DNA of 64,000 nt from Candidatus Poribacteria bacterium (GCA_965198235.1 OZ240248.1:1760001-1824000), one strand, 5' to 3'; numbered from the stretch's first letter, positions 20,048-30,898 are shown. Numbers and translations: made by a program. The notes: a model not told the origin generated them from the sequence alone.

Positions 20048-20530
20048 ATGAAACTTGGTGTCATGTCCGATAGTCACGACAATATCCCAAACGTCAAACG
20101 CGCTGTCGCACTCTTCAATGAAATCGGCGTAGATCTCGTTGTCCATGCAGGCGATTTCATCGCGCCGTTTGCTATTGACCCGTTAGCCGATCTAAACTGC
20201 CGCGTTGTCGGTGTTTTTGGAAACAATGACGGCGAACGCATTGTCGTTGCACAACGGTTTGAGGCAATCGGTGAGGTACATCCCAACCTCGCAAGTGTGT
20301 CGCTTGGCGATAGAAACATTGCCGTGATGCACTACCCCGAACTCGCCATCCCGATCGCCAAAAGTGGCGATTACGACATCGTCGTCTACGGACACACCCA
20401 CCAGATAGACATCCAGAAGGGGAAATCGCTCCTGCTCAATCCCGGTGAAACCGGCGGTTGGACGACTGGGAAGGCAACGGTTGCCGTTGTCGATCTCGAG
20501 ACGCTTGAGGCAACAATTCATGAATTGTAG
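20048..20530 (+). CDS. YfcE/MJ0936-family metallophosphoesterase
   Basis: SDSHDN, HAGD, GNND, GHTH and NPG motifs. Confidence 0.93.
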   Translation: MKLGVMSDSHDNIPNVKRAVALFNEIGVDLVVHAGDFIAPFAIDPLADLNCRVVGVFGNNDGERIVVAQRFEAIGEVHPNLASVSLGDRNIAVMHYPELAIPIAKSGDYDIVVYGHTHQIDIQKGKSLLLNPGETGGWTTGKATVAVVDLETLEATIHEL

Positions 20531-20546
20531 GGACAGTGCGGAAAAG

Positions 20547-20876
20547 ATGAGATACAGAGATCTGTTTACACTACCGAATGGAGAAGCACTGGAAAACTTA
20601 CACCCACCAGAACCTAAGCAACAATGCCTTATCTGGTCTGAGAATCATGAACACGCCGTTGCTTCCATAGACGACGAGATACATCCGCAGGCGAAATGTG
20701 TCTGGCTGGGATTTGAAGATCCCGATGTTATCTATGCCTACGAAAAGCACTGGAAAACAGGCGACTGGGAACTCGTTGAACGAAAAAAGGGAAATATCCC
20801 GTTAGTAAACAACAATCCTTTCAAGCCCGACAGTGAAAGCGTCTTTCCTGTTAACAAAACACCCACGGATGCTTAA
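20547..20876 (+). CDS. Hypothetical protein
   Basis: 109-aa ORF from ATG 20547 that fills the gap after yfcE-like gene. Confidence 0.5.
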   Translation: MRYRDLFTLPNGEALENLHPPEPKQQCLIWSENHEHAVASIDDEIHPQAKCVWLGFEDPDVIYAYEKHWKTGDWELVERKKGNIPLVNNNPFKPDSESVFPVNKTPTDA

Positions 20877-20902
20877 AATCCGTAGGCATATTGATTTGCA
20901 CT

Positions 20903-20962
20903 TGTAGGAGGGAACTCCGATTCCTGACTCTGCTTGTAGGAGGGAACTCCGATTCCCGACCT
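20903..20962. repeat. REP-like GTAG repeat pair
   Basis: TGTAGGAGGGAACTCCGATTCC occurs twice here and again at ~5808-5832. Confidence 0.8.
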
Positions 20963-20992
20963 CTGACTGAAAACCGATGGCTAACAGCCAAT

Positions 20993-22270
20993 TTACTCAA
21001 CGTACCCCAAATCCCGCAACCTGCTTTCCAAAATCTCCGTCTCCTCAGCCGTGGATTCTTGTGCCAACAGGTGCTGATAATTGGAATTCATTAATATCTC
21101 ATCATAAGCGTCCCTGAAACGATCTGGATCCTCACAGGCGAGATCTTCGCCGTTCAGCACATGCCGATACACAAATTCACCTGTCTGCTCATCTTCACGA
21201 TAGAGATATTCACCATCCGTCAGCGACCAAAGTCGCACGCCTTCCGAATACTTACCGATTTCCACGTTGTCGACCGTCGTCCGAGATGTCACGCGCTGGT
21301 GCGGCATCTCTAAGTTGTCCCGGCTGAGGAACCCAACGCCGTAGAGACTATCCAACTCCGACAATACTAAACGGTTTTCGTCAATTTCCGATGGAGACAG
21401 TAGGTCTCGTCCGTATCCGTGATAGTCCACATCGATACCGGCAAGGTTCGTAATCGTTGGGAACAGGTCGATCGCTGAAATCGGTGGATTTGGGCTTTCA
21501 AATGAGAGGGCGAGGTTCGTCACACCGGGGATATGCGCCAACAGTGGCACGTGTAGCACGTTCTGATTGAGCGTGCCGCCGTGATCGGTAATCTCATCGC
21601 AGATGCCTTCGCCGTGATCTCCAAAGATGAAGACTGCCCAGTCCGAGAGTTGAAGTTGCTTCAGAATTTCAACCAGTTTAAACTCAAGTATGTGGGTTAC
21701 GGCGGCAAAGTAAAATCGCAATGCCTCATCTGTTCTACCACGATCCACAAGCGATTTAAGGCTTGGGGCACCCGGGATCCCGCTCATGCCATAACCGCCG
21801 TGTGTATACCAGAAGTGCAAAAAACAGAACTGTGGTACATCCGAAGGTTGCTTGAGTTGTTGGACGAGGTCTTCAAGCGCACCGAGATGTTGTGCTTCCG
21901 CGTTTGGGTCGACCGACGTGATAAACGGCTCAAAATCAAGAAAACGAAACACGTCCGGACGTTCGGAGCGTCCCGTGATATGATAGCCTGTATCATTGAA
22001 TATCTGAAACAGGTTCGGGATACCTTCAAACATCTTGAGGTAGGTTTGCCCGTAGACCCCGTGTTCAAACGGGTAAAGCCCCGTAAAATAGGAGGTATGA
22101 GAAGGACGGGTCGCGGGTGCCGACACGAAAAACTTTTCGGCGAGCGAGAAATCCTGCGTCAGCAGATCGAACTTCGGTGTGTTGAAAAGGGGATTCGTCC
22201 GACTGAGGGCGTCGAACCGCCAGCAATCGATCGAGATAAGTAGAAATTTATTGACAGCGTTGGTTTCCAT
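20993..22270 (-). CDS. Sulfatase-like hydrolase/transferase
   Basis: LLISIDCWRFD, TRPSHTSYFTG (Thr at the nucleophile position), GDHGE, HVPLL, C-terminal RLRDLGY. Confidence 0.88.
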   Translation of the reverse strand: METNAVNKFLLISIDCWRFDALSRTNPLFNTPKFDLLTQDFSLAEKFFVSAPATRPSHTSYFTGLYPFEHGVYGQTYLKMFEGIPNLFQIFNDTGYHITGRSERPDVFRFLDFEPFITSVDPNAEAQHLGALEDLVQQLKQPSDVPQFCFLHFWYTHGGYGMSGIPGAPSLKSLVDRGRTDEALRFYFAAVTHILEFKLVEILKQLQLSDWAVFIFGDHGEGICDEITDHGGTLNQNVLHVPLLAHIPGVTNLALSFESPNPPISAIDLFPTITNLAGIDVDYHGYGRDLLSPSEIDENRLVLSELDSLYGVGFLSRDNLEMPHQRVTSRTTVDNVEIGKYSEGVRLWSLTDGEYLYREDEQTGEFVYRHVLNGEDLACEDPDRFRDAYDEILMNSNYQHLLAQESTAEETEILESRLRDLGYVE

Positions 22271-22273
22271 GCT

Positions 22274-23635
22274 TTAGTCCATTAATCGCGCATTATATTG
22301 CCGCTCGGTATGCTGATATCTACCGAACAGGTCGGGTTGAAAAGGAGTAGGTGTGTAGATGTAGACAGCGTCGCTATACGGATCATAGAGGATTACCTCT
22401 TCACGTGTGTCGCCGCAGACATCCGCAGGAAAGCAGTGGTACCATCCCATTTTGCCGCCAGTGGGGGGCGGCAGTTCAGGGAACGTCACCACCTTGTCTC
22501 CTGCACTATCGAAAAGTGCAGCTGGGCTATAAATCAATTCACAAGCTTCGTCCCCGTGCCAGCGGATAACTTCCAAGCCTGTATTGTTCGGTGTTTCATC
22601 GACGTTAAATCGACTGTTAATCTGCCCGTTGCTGTCTACTACCATCAGGTCCGTGTGATGCCCGTTATAGCGGATAACCAAGGCGTTTTCAGACGCGTCT
22701 GGTAGTAATCTGCCACACCGAATCTCTTGTCCGTGCGGCACAACGTCAAAGCCGAGCGAGAGGATTGGATTACCCTCGGCATCAACCACCTGTCCACCGC
22801 CGGAGAGGATAGCCCGGTTCCTGCCGTTCCATTCGGAAACTAAAACCGAGTCCATGTTGTCGCCAAAAAAGTGATTCCAGAGGACCGTGCCGTCGGAAGC
22901 GAGTCCGAAATTGCCACCGTTGACTTCGTCGAGTCCGTCGCCATTAAAGTCGCCGACGGCTGGGATATATGCGGAGTGCTTTGGATAGCGAAACCACTCG
23001 TCGGTATACTGCCAGAGCAGTTCCAATTTATGGTTAAAAGCGAGCAGATTCACACCTACCTTCACGACAAAATCTTGGGGTTGTGCATTTCCGCAGAGGT
23101 TGGCAATCATCAATCGTTGATGGACGTAGTTGGAGATATGGAGTTCACCTTCAGCGGACGCATTACACTGGCGCAGCGCATCCGGCGCGAGGGTCCGTTT
23201 GACAGCACCCGTCGCACCGTCTAAAATCATTAGGCGAATTGCAGACAGATCCCATTTACTCACTTCTGGAGCATTCGCGTCTACCCAGAAGCAGATGACC
23301 TCTGCCTGTCCATCGGCATCTATATCGTGAATAGCGACGGGGCCGGGTCGGTCGGGTGAGAGGGTCGTTAAAGTGGTATCCTTCGCATCCGCATCTCTGA
23401 TTTCGAGATGTTTGTCACCGAGGGACCAGAGGGGTTCACCTTCCAACGTGAACGCACCGAGGAAACACGGATGAATACCGCCGAGCGATTTGTACACGAG
23501 AAAGTCGACTGTTCCGTCGCCGGTCAGATCGCCGATTCGGATGTCGCCACCCCACTCGTTTCCCGATGTTTCATTCAGGAATACGTCTGGAATTGCGATT
23601 CGTTTATAAAGATGTGCTGATTGTGGTGTGTCCAT
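22274..23635 (-). CDS. Rhamnogalacturonan-lyase-like beta-propeller protein with FG-GAP-type repeats
   Basis: Repeated GDLTGDG, DIDADG, GDFNGDG and ADVCGDTREEVI motifs. Confidence 0.65.
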   Translation of the reverse strand: MDTPQSAHLYKRIAIPDVFLNETSGNEWGGDIRIGDLTGDGTVDFLVYKSLGGIHPCFLGAFTLEGEPLWSLGDKHLEIRDADAKDTTLTTLSPDRPGPVAIHDIDADGQAEVICFWVDANAPEVSKWDLSAIRLMILDGATGAVKRTLAPDALRQCNASAEGELHISNYVHQRLMIANLCGNAQPQDFVVKVGVNLLAFNHKLELLWQYTDEWFRYPKHSAYIPAVGDFNGDGLDEVNGGNFGLASDGTVLWNHFFGDNMDSVLVSEWNGRNRAILSGGGQVVDAEGNPILSLGFDVVPHGQEIRCGRLLPDASENALVIRYNGHHTDLMVVDSNGQINSRFNVDETPNNTGLEVIRWHGDEACELIYSPAALFDSAGDKVVTFPELPPPTGGKMGWYHCFPADVCGDTREEVILYDPYSDAVYIYTPTPFQPDLFGRYQHTERQYNARLMD

Positions 23636-23644
23636 CTTTTCTGA

Positions 23645-23740
23645 TTCGCGAGACCTAAGCCCGTAATGTAATGGAGGGCGACTCTATAGAGAAAACCTTC
23701 AATGTCCCAGTTTACGCCACTTAACCGCAAGGAAAATTAA
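23645..23740 (+). repeat. Dispersed miniature repeat (copy of 19949-20047)
   Basis: Near-identical ends. Its terminal TTAA contains the stop codon of gene 23737-24501. Confidence 0.9.
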
Positions 23741-24501
23741 GAGAATGCCTTGAAAATCCCGACGTAGAGGGCAAGCACCTTCTCTGGGTCAGAACCTGTA
23801 TAAGCACATTCATTGGATATATAGCCTGAGAAACCGATACGATCGAGCCATTGGAACATCTGTCGGTAAAGATCGAACGTCTCTGGCTCTTCCACCCGGT
23901 GCGTATGTACAGCAGTAATGTGTGTAGCTACACGCGAGAAGAGGGGATCAATGCTCCCAGCATCGCAACCGATGAATTGCGAATTGAAGACAAAACCGAC
24001 ATTCGGGAGATTCACGCCTTCGATGACTTCCATCGCCGAATCCGGATCTGTGAATGAGCCGTGCATCTCAATAGAAACGGTAATATCTTTTTCAGCGGCA
24101 TAGCTGCCCAGAGCCTTCAGTCCATCAGTGACGTAACCGACAATAGCATCGCGGTTCTCCTCGGTGTATCGGTCACCGAGCACTCGGACATGGTCACAGC
24201 CCATAAATTCCGCCATGTCAATCACACGCGTAACGCGTCGGACGGTTTCTTCACGGTCAGCGGCGTTTTCGGAGTGAAAATTTTGGCAACTCGTGAGTGA
24301 GGAGATAACAACGTCACTCGCATCGACCTGTGCCTTGAGTCCGTCCCAAGCCTCTCTCGGCGTATCCCATTCAAATCCGTGTTTCTGCTTGTAATCCATT
24401 AACAATTCGACACCATGATAACCGGTAGCGGCAGCGGTGTCAAGTATACGTCCGAGTTCCCACTCTTGGCAGGTTTGATAAGTATTCAATGACCATCTCA
24501 T
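23737..24501 (-). CDS. Sugar phosphate isomerase/epimerase
   Basis: GYHGVEL, SIEMHG and GFSGYISNE motifs. Confidence 0.88.
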   Translation of the reverse strand: MRWSLNTYQTCQEWELGRILDTAAATGYHGVELLMDYKQKHGFEWDTPREAWDGLKAQVDASDVVISSLTSCQNFHSENAADREETVRRVTRVIDMAEFMGCDHVRVLGDRYTEENRDAIVGYVTDGLKALGSYAAEKDITVSIEMHGSFTDPDSAMEVIEGVNLPNVGFVFNSQFIGCDAGSIDPLFSRVATHITAVHTHRVEEPETFDLYRQMFQWLDRIGFSGYISNECAYTGSDPEKVLALYVGIFKAFS

Positions 24502-24616
24502 ATTTTTAACTATGGCCTCCTGGGCATCGTTCCACTTCGTTTCACGATGGTTTTCGGTTCAGTCTGTCCCAACTGGGGAGATGAACGGCTTCAAGAATTT
24601 GATGAAGTATATCTTC

Positions 24617-25714
24617 CTACTCTTGTATTGGAATGGGAAACCAGAGTCCCCCAGTTTTCGTCGTTAACGCCCTATGCGTGGTATGATTAATGCCGATGAC
24701 ATCCACGGTAATGTTGTTCTGAAAGCACTGTGCTAACACTTCTGGTAGCGTGTAAGACCCTTTGCTCGCTTCATCGGTGACAAGAATGAACCGGCGGTTC
24801 ACCCCTTCGCGAAAGTTGACGCGGCGGATCGTTTTTATGATGGCATTGTGTGCCCGCTCATCGCCAGCAGCAGCGACAACATGTGAAGTTAACAGTCGTT
24901 TGTATTTCTCGCTATCCCGCGTCTGCGGATGGATAATCGTATCGCCTTCGAGATACCTGAAAATAACGATGCCGAGTGTGAAATCAACCCCTTTTTCCTC
25001 AAACACCGTTACCATCCGATTGAGTTGTCTGCCGACTGCACGGATATTATCTATCATGCTCCCACTAATGTCAAGCAGAAAAACGAGGTCAACAGCGGTT
25101 TCGGTTTTGCTATCGGCGACGCTCTCCGCGATACCTTCTAATGCCTCCCCCATCCGGGCATCTCTGTCGATTGGGGGTGCAGGGCTGTTATTACCTGTCG
25201 CTGTGTTCATCGCAGCCTCTCCTTGGATGGTTTTGGGCTTGGGCGCGATTGTGGGAGCCTGCGCATTTGCAGTCGCAATCGTTTTCCACGCAAGGGTTTC
25301 TGTGGTCTGCTCGCGCAGAGATGTCTCAGCCATCGGTAACCGAGCATCTGTCCTCAGCACGGGAATAGATGCACGGGACGCAGTCGGCGGAGCTGAATGC
25401 ATCAGTTTTGCAATGTTTGGGTTAACAGCGGGCGAGGTTTTAGAACGCGCAGGTGTTGACCGCTGCGTAGCCGGCATAGAACGTTTGCGAGTACTACTCA
25501 CATGAAAACGTTGGAGAGATGTCACTGAGATGGCTTCCGAAGTAAGCGGTTCCGAAGGTTGCATCGGTCGATACCACTGGATATAACCCAAACCTATAAT
25601 GCCTGTCGCAATGGTATGTAGAACCAATGAAACCAGAAACGCACGCCGAGTTTTCCTACGCCTGTGGTGTCTGAAGTGCTGGAGTTTATCTGAATAGGTG
25701 TCGAGTAGCAGCAT
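24617..25714 (-). CDS. Membrane-anchored VWA-domain protein
   Basis: N-terminal TM (AFLVSLVLH), low-complexity linker, MIDAS DISGS and LVTDE. The track start at 25753 lies inside a repeat, so ATG 25714 is preferred. Confidence 0.85.
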   Translation of the reverse strand: MLLLDTYSDKLQHFRHHRRRKTRRAFLVSLVLHTIATGIIGLGYIQWYRPMQPSEPLTSEAISVTSLQRFHVSSTRKRSMPATQRSTPARSKTSPAVNPNIAKLMHSAPPTASRASIPVLRTDARLPMAETSLREQTTETLAWKTIATANAQAPTIAPKPKTIQGEAAMNTATGNNSPAPPIDRDARMGEALEGIAESVADSKTETAVDLVFLLDISGSMIDNIRAVGRQLNRMVTVFEEKGVDFTLGIVIFRYLEGDTIIHPQTRDSEKYKRLLTSHVVAAAGDERAHNAIIKTIRRVNFREGVNRRFILVTDEASKGSYTLPEVLAQCFQNNITVDVIGINHTTHRALTTKTGGLWFPIPIQE

Positions 25715-25869
25715 TTTTTTAATGTATTGCTTCTGGGCTGCCTTCCATTTCATTTCAGGCAGGTTTTTTGTTAATTCGCGACTGGTTTTGAGGATTTGAT
25801 CGGTTTTTCTTCTGTGACAAGAGAAGCTCCTGTAATGAGGCGGACAGGTACGAGATCAGTTAGTTTCCG

Positions 25870-28455
25870 CTACAAAATTGAGATCGTGCCCTGATTCCCG
25901 TCAACCCGAAGCATCTGTCCATCAGCAATACGACGGGTTGCGTTCGGGATGTTCGCGACTGCAGGCACACCATATTCTCTGGCAACGACTGCACCGTGGG
26001 ACAAGATCCCACCACGCTCCATTACCAGTCCCGCCGCATGCAGGAAAAGCGGTGTCCATGCTGGATCTGTTGACGGACATACCAGAATGTAATTCCTGTC
26101 AGATGGGCACACATCTGCCGGTGTCAAAAGCACGCGTGCCTGCCCCGTCGCAACACCTGCCGAGACGCCCACGCCTGTATACGTATCCACCGCTTCGATT
26201 GGCGTTGAGACTCCAATCTGGTCCAACGAATCACTAAAAATGACATCCGGGATCTCAATCTGAAGCGTCAATTCACGCCTCACCTTACGTGTGGTGATGA
26301 CATCGCTGAGAACCTCACCGTTTATGAGTCGTCTTAGTTCATCAGGTATGAGATAGAAGATGCCGTCATTGAGTTGATAACGACGATCCAGTTCAAACAG
26401 CGCACGGCGAATCTGTTCATAGCCGAGCATTAAGTAAAATTTCGCTGTTTCCCTGAAAGGCATATAAGTTCTTGTGAAGTCCAGTTCACTCTCGATCTGC
26501 TTTCTTAAACCCGTTTTATTTTCGAGCCGTGTGGCGAGTTCCTTTTCTGCGGACTCCCGTTGCTCTATCTGTTGTTTCGCACCATCATTCTTGGAAAGAG
26601 CGGTTCCAGCGTTCTCTTGCTGGAAAGATGCAAGGATCTGTTCAAGATAGGTGGTATCTTCGCGCCAACGGGGCTGTGCTAATTCAAACTCGTCAACGGC
26701 GCGATGCCCGTAATCTTTTAGGAAATCGGTAAGGGTCAAGTCTCCTGTTGCCACTTCCCACAATTTCGACGCAAGCCGCGGGTGGGCTTGCGGGACAATA
26801 GTTTCAACGGTGAGATTGCCAGAAATCCCACTAATAAGCCTGTTCGCGAAGGTTTTTACTTCTATTTCATTCAAGCACTTCTGAAGAGCCGCCTCCAATC
26901 GTTGAAGTGAAAATCCCGCGAGGAGTGTAGCGGTAAGGGCTTTCGATGCGAAGTCGTCCAGTGTTTTGGCTCGCCATTCTTCAAATTTCGTCACTAATTC
27001 CGCATCCGTTAGGTCTGAATATGAAATGTTTCGTTCTGCTTCTACTTCCTCCTGAAACGCTGGGAAGACCTCTTCGGTTAACGATCGGGCGAAGTCGGAG
27101 CGGCACTGACGTAGACGCACCTCTGCTCTGCTCATACGAATGATGTGGAGCGGCAGTTTCAACCAAAATGCGGCGTTGCTCCGCGTAATATCGGTTTGTG
27201 CTTGGGCATACATCGCTTCTTGTGGATTTTGCTTCAAGGCATTAAAATCGTGCGCAAAGGGGAAACCCTCAAAGTGGAGTTCTGCCTCGCGGTTCAAATT
27301 AACGTAAATTCGTCCACAAATCAGGTCGAGAATTCCCTCATTGTGGACCCGTTCACTCGGATAGAATCCCAAGCCTCGATACGCTTTACCTAACCCACCG
27401 GCACCCGACATAAATTCCTTCATAATTTTCCACGTCATCGGGAGTGGAGCCGGTAGTACCTCGGCGAGGTTGTGATGACACCAGACGGTACCATCGACCT
27501 CAGCACGCGCCTCCAATATCTGAATCTCCTCCTGACGGACTTTCTCAACGGTTTCTTTATCAACTTCAGAGGTCGGATATGCCCGCTCAGGAGATGCGAT
27601 AGCGTTGGAAGGTGTGGTGATGTAGCGGGACTGCAACAAAACAAACTGTCCACCTGCGAGTGCCCACTCAATATCCATCGGTTGTCCATAGTAGGTTTCA
27701 ACCTGCATGCCGAGTTGTGTAAGCTCCTTCAGTTGTGCGTCCGTTAGACTTGGGATGTCTTGCTTCGCAGAGGATACCTTACTTACGCCAGCAGCGGTTA
27801 CCATTTCGCACTTCGTAGCGATGTTTCTTTCCAAAATCTCGCCTGTTTCCCGCGACACGTGAAAACTATCAGGCGTGATGGCACCAGATACAACCGACTC
27901 ACCCAATCCCCAATTCGATTCAATGATAGAGGCGTTTTCATTAAAGGGAGCAACAGTAAAAAGCACACCGGAGACATCTGCGTCGCACATTTCTTGAATG
28001 ACGACTGCCATTGCCAACCCTTCATCAGCGATTTTCTGTGTCTGCCGATAGGCGATGGCTCGTTCCGACCAGAGTGATGCCCAGCACGCTTTAAGGGCGT
28101 CTAAAAGTCCATCGGATGTTACATTCAGAAACGTGTCCTGTTGCCCGGCAAAACTTGCTTCTGCCAGATCCTCCGCTGTGGCACTGGAACGCACTGCGAC
28201 CGTGGCTGTCTGCAATTTTTCTCGCGCCGTATGGATTTCCGCGACGAGTTCTGACGATAGCCCGATGTCTTTAACGCTGCTCTCATTCTGTTCCGATAGA
28301 CCTTGAACAGACAATCGATAAGCGTCTGTGGTGACACAAAAACCTTTCGGCACTGGAAACCCTGACCTCGTCAGTTTTCCGAGGTTCAACCCTTTTCCGC
28401 CGACGCAGGGCAAATCAGCATCATCAATTTCTGAGAAGTGTTTGATAAATTGCAT
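25870..28455 (-). CDS. PEP-synthase-like phosphotransferase (ATP-grasp plus C-terminal His swivel domain)
   Basis: VGGKG, AVRSSATAED..SFAGQQDT, DIEWA..LQSRYIT and GGILSHGAVVAREYG. Confidence 0.88.
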   Translation of the reverse strand: MQFIKHFSEIDDADLPCVGGKGLNLGKLTRSGFPVPKGFCVTTDAYRLSVQGLSEQNESSVKDIGLSSELVAEIHTAREKLQTATVAVRSSATAEDLAEASFAGQQDTFLNVTSDGLLDALKACWASLWSERAIAYRQTQKIADEGLAMAVVIQEMCDADVSGVLFTVAPFNENASIIESNWGLGESVVSGAITPDSFHVSRETGEILERNIATKCEMVTAAGVSKVSSAKQDIPSLTDAQLKELTQLGMQVETYYGQPMDIEWALAGGQFVLLQSRYITTPSNAIASPERAYPTSEVDKETVEKVRQEEIQILEARAEVDGTVWCHHNLAEVLPAPLPMTWKIMKEFMSGAGGLGKAYRGLGFYPSERVHNEGILDLICGRIYVNLNREAELHFEGFPFAHDFNALKQNPQEAMYAQAQTDITRSNAAFWLKLPLHIIRMSRAEVRLRQCRSDFARSLTEEVFPAFQEEVEAERNISYSDLTDAELVTKFEEWRAKTLDDFASKALTATLLAGFSLQRLEAALQKCLNEIEVKTFANRLISGISGNLTVETIVPQAHPRLASKLWEVATGDLTLTDFLKDYGHRAVDEFELAQPRWREDTTYLEQILASFQQENAGTALSKNDGAKQQIEQRESAEKELATRLENKTGLRKQIESELDFTRTYMPFRETAKFYLMLGYEQIRRALFELDRRYQLNDGIFYLIPDELRRLINGEVLSDVITTRKVRRELTLQIEIPDVIFSDSLDQIGVSTPIEAVDTYTGVGVSAGVATGQARVLLTPADVCPSDRNYILVCPSTDPAWTPLFLHAAGLVMERGGILSHGAVVAREYGVPAVANIPNATRRIADGQMLRVDGNQGTISIL

Positions 28456-28647
28456 GAACTTAAATCGGTCTGTGAAGGGTAGAAGCAAGTGAAGATAGTA
28501 TATCAGAATCTATCTACCAAATGCAAATGAGTTTGGGCTTGCTTTTTATGGTCTTTTGTGTATATTTTCTTTCTCGGTGTTTTGAAAGCAGGTTCACTGA
28601 ACAGAATTCCTTTTGACAAATCTCCGCAACTTGAGTAAACTAACAAA

Positions 28648-29760
28648 ATGTTTCAGAACGCGACCGAAATTCTCACTTTAATCGCTTCTGCTGCTGTGCA
28701 GTGGCTCTTTTATCGGAAACGTTTGCCGAAGGATTTCGCACCTGAACGGATCCTCGTTATCAAACTTGATCATCTTGGGGATGTCCTGTTAGCGACACCG
28801 GTGTTTTCCAATCTCCGTCGGACGTATCCAAACGCTGAACTGCACGCGCTCGCCGGGGCGTGGAGTCGCGTTGTTTTAGAGAAGCATCCTGATGTCAGTA
28901 AAGTCATGGAATACAACTCACCGGCTTTCTGTCGCACAGGGCGACCGACATCACTCAGAGAAACGTTTAAGCTCTATCGCCAATTACGCCGCCAAAAATA
29001 CGATCTGATAGTGGAGCTTCGCAGCGATTGGCGGACTGTCTGGTTTGCGTTCTTACGGCTTACACCGAATCGACTCAGTCGTGCAGCCCTACAAGTTGCG
29101 AACAAAATGGGTTTTGCACAATTCAGTGGAACCCACGAAACGACGCGTAACCTCGATGTCTTAAAACAAGCAGGCATCCCAACGCCGGTACAAACCGCTA
29201 TCTTCTCAGTAACAACAGAAGATAAAAAATGGGCATCTGATCTCCTTGCCACATATCAGATTGAGAAGCAACATCCGTTGATTGCTATCCATCCCGGTTC
29301 TCCGATTGCACTAAAACGGTGGATGCCTGAGCGGTATGCAAAATTAGCGGATTGGCTGATTGCCCAAAAACGTGCACAAATTCTATTTGTCGGTGTGAAA
29401 GATGAAATGCCGATAATCACCGAAGTTCAAGCACTCATGCGGGGAAAATCAATCAATATTGCTGGCAAAACGACGCTGACACAATTGGCATCAATCTTGC
29501 GCATGTGTAATGTGTTTATCGGCAACGATAGCGGTCCAATGCACCTCGCTGCAGCGGTTGGTACCCAGACGATTGGACTGTATGGACCCGGAGATCCGAC
29601 CCGTTTCGGTCCAGCGGGTGAAAAGTGTCAGACAATTCAGCAGAAGTCTGACTGTCCATGCTTGGGAACGACCTGTCGATTCGGAAAAACAGGGTGTATG
29701 TCCGAAATTCAGGTTGCTGATGTGATACAGACCCTTGAAGCAACTGCGTATTTGACATAA
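28648..29760 (+). CDS. Glycosyltransferase family 9 (heptosyltransferase-like)
   Basis: KLDHLGDVLL, HPGS..KRW and GNDSGPMHLAAA. Confidence 0.93.
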   Translation: MFQNATEILTLIASAAVQWLFYRKRLPKDFAPERILVIKLDHLGDVLLATPVFSNLRRTYPNAELHALAGAWSRVVLEKHPDVSKVMEYNSPAFCRTGRPTSLRETFKLYRQLRRQKYDLIVELRSDWRTVWFAFLRLTPNRLSRAALQVANKMGFAQFSGTHETTRNLDVLKQAGIPTPVQTAIFSVTTEDKKWASDLLATYQIEKQHPLIAIHPGSPIALKRWMPERYAKLADWLIAQKRAQILFVGVKDEMPIITEVQALMRGKSINIAGKTTLTQLASILRMCNVFIGNDSGPMHLAAAVGTQTIGLYGPGDPTRFGPAGEKCQTIQQKSDCPCLGTTCRFGKTGCMSEIQVADVIQTLEATAYLT

Positions 29761-29905
29761 ATTGAAGGATTTGATTCTAAGCAACAAACGCGCATCAACA
29801 GTGATAGGGTCGTTTAGTTTTAAGCATTTCATATGGGATTACAAAAGAACGAACAAAAACTTAGTTAAACCTGTCTAAGGGACCGCATCATAGTGACGAA
29901 TTAAC

Positions 29906-29934
29906 TTGACATATTTTTGTAAAGAAGTTATAAT
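29906..29934 (+). promoter_or_regulatory. Consensus sigma70 promoter
   Basis: TTGACA-17 nt-TATAAT. Confidence 0.8.
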
Positions 29935-30094
29935 GTCTTAAACAGCATCCATGGAAAATGTGTCTTAGCCATTAAGCGGCTAATTCTTGCCTTATGCACA
30001 TTTGGAAAACTGGAAAGCACGATTTTTGGATGCAATAGGCTTGCAACCCTCGCTTGCAAGCGATGTGATGAATCTAAAGGAGGAATTTAGAAAA

Positions 30095-30760
30095 ATGCAA
30101 TCGAGATTAACGTGGTTCGTGCTTGCCCTTTTCGCAGCAAGCATCATGAGCATCGGTATCGTAGGATGTGGTGGCGACACCGAAGAAGAATCCGCTGAAA
30201 AGCCGACAGAAAGCTCCTCAAGTACCTCTGATGAGCCAGTAGTTGCTGCGAGACCGCCTATCGACTTCGCAGCAGAAAAAGCCGAAATCCAAGCGGTCTA
30301 TAGTGCCTTCTACGAAGCCTTTAACGACAACGATCTCAAAGCCATTGGGGGGACCTTTCGGACGAGTGACGGCAAGGTTGCCTTCGGAACAATCTTTGCC
30401 GGAAATGAACCTGTGCCAGTCGCCTTCGGTTGGACGAATGTTAAAGTCGCTATCGAAGGTCTGTGGATTGGCATCGGCACGAAGGGTTCTAAATGGGGAC
30501 GGGACGATGTTTTGAAAGATTTTTGGATTGGCTATAAAGGGAGCAAATTGGAAGCCGCCGCAATCGGTTACAACTGCTACAAAGGCTCGTTTCCTGGGGA
30601 AACGCACCTCTATTTGATAAAAGAAGAAAAGGATGGGTGGAAAATTCACGAGCTTGATAGCAGCACCGAAAACAACCTTGGGATCTTTGGCTTTCACAAA
30701 GGTAAACCGCGAGTTGAGAAATTCATCAAGGTTACCAGAGAGACGGACAAAGCCCCCTAA
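30095..30760 (+). CDS. Hypothetical lipoprotein (possibly NTF2-like fold)
   Basis: AGGAGG RBS, signal peptide with IVGC lipobox, EIQAVYSAFYEAFNDND helix and GWKI end. Confidence 0.7.
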   Translation: MQSRLTWFVLALFAASIMSIGIVGCGGDTEEESAEKPTESSSSTSDEPVVAARPPIDFAAEKAEIQAVYSAFYEAFNDNDLKAIGGTFRTSDGKVAFGTIFAGNEPVPVAFGWTNVKVAIEGLWIGIGTKGSKWGRDDVLKDFWIGYKGSKLEAAAIGYNCYKGSFPGETHLYLIKEEKDGWKIHELDSSTENNLGIFGFHKGKPRVEKFIKVTRETDKAP

Positions 30761-30882
30761 TGTTCCCTACGTCTTGTTAAAAACTGCCCCTTTTTGTGCA
30801 GTTTAAAAAGGTAAATGCCCCTTTTCGTGCAGCTTAACCCGCTTGATGCAGGGATTCATCGTCAATTCAGCGTTTTTTGCAT

Positions 30883-30898
30883 TGGCACGGAAATTGCA
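30883..30898 (+). promoter_or_regulatory. Sigma54 (-24/-12) promoter
   Basis: TGGCAC-GGAAA-TTGCA, an exact consensus match 66 nt before ATG 30964. Confidence 0.75.

Noticed and set aside
21581-25505. Long antisense ORFs (e.g. 21581-22243, 24762-25505)
   Set aside because: They are shadows of well-supported genes on the opposite strand and have no motifs of their own.
25870-28455. Rifampicin phosphotransferase resistance gene
   Set aside because: Domain order is similar, but many enzymes share it and substrate specificity cannot be read from the sequence.
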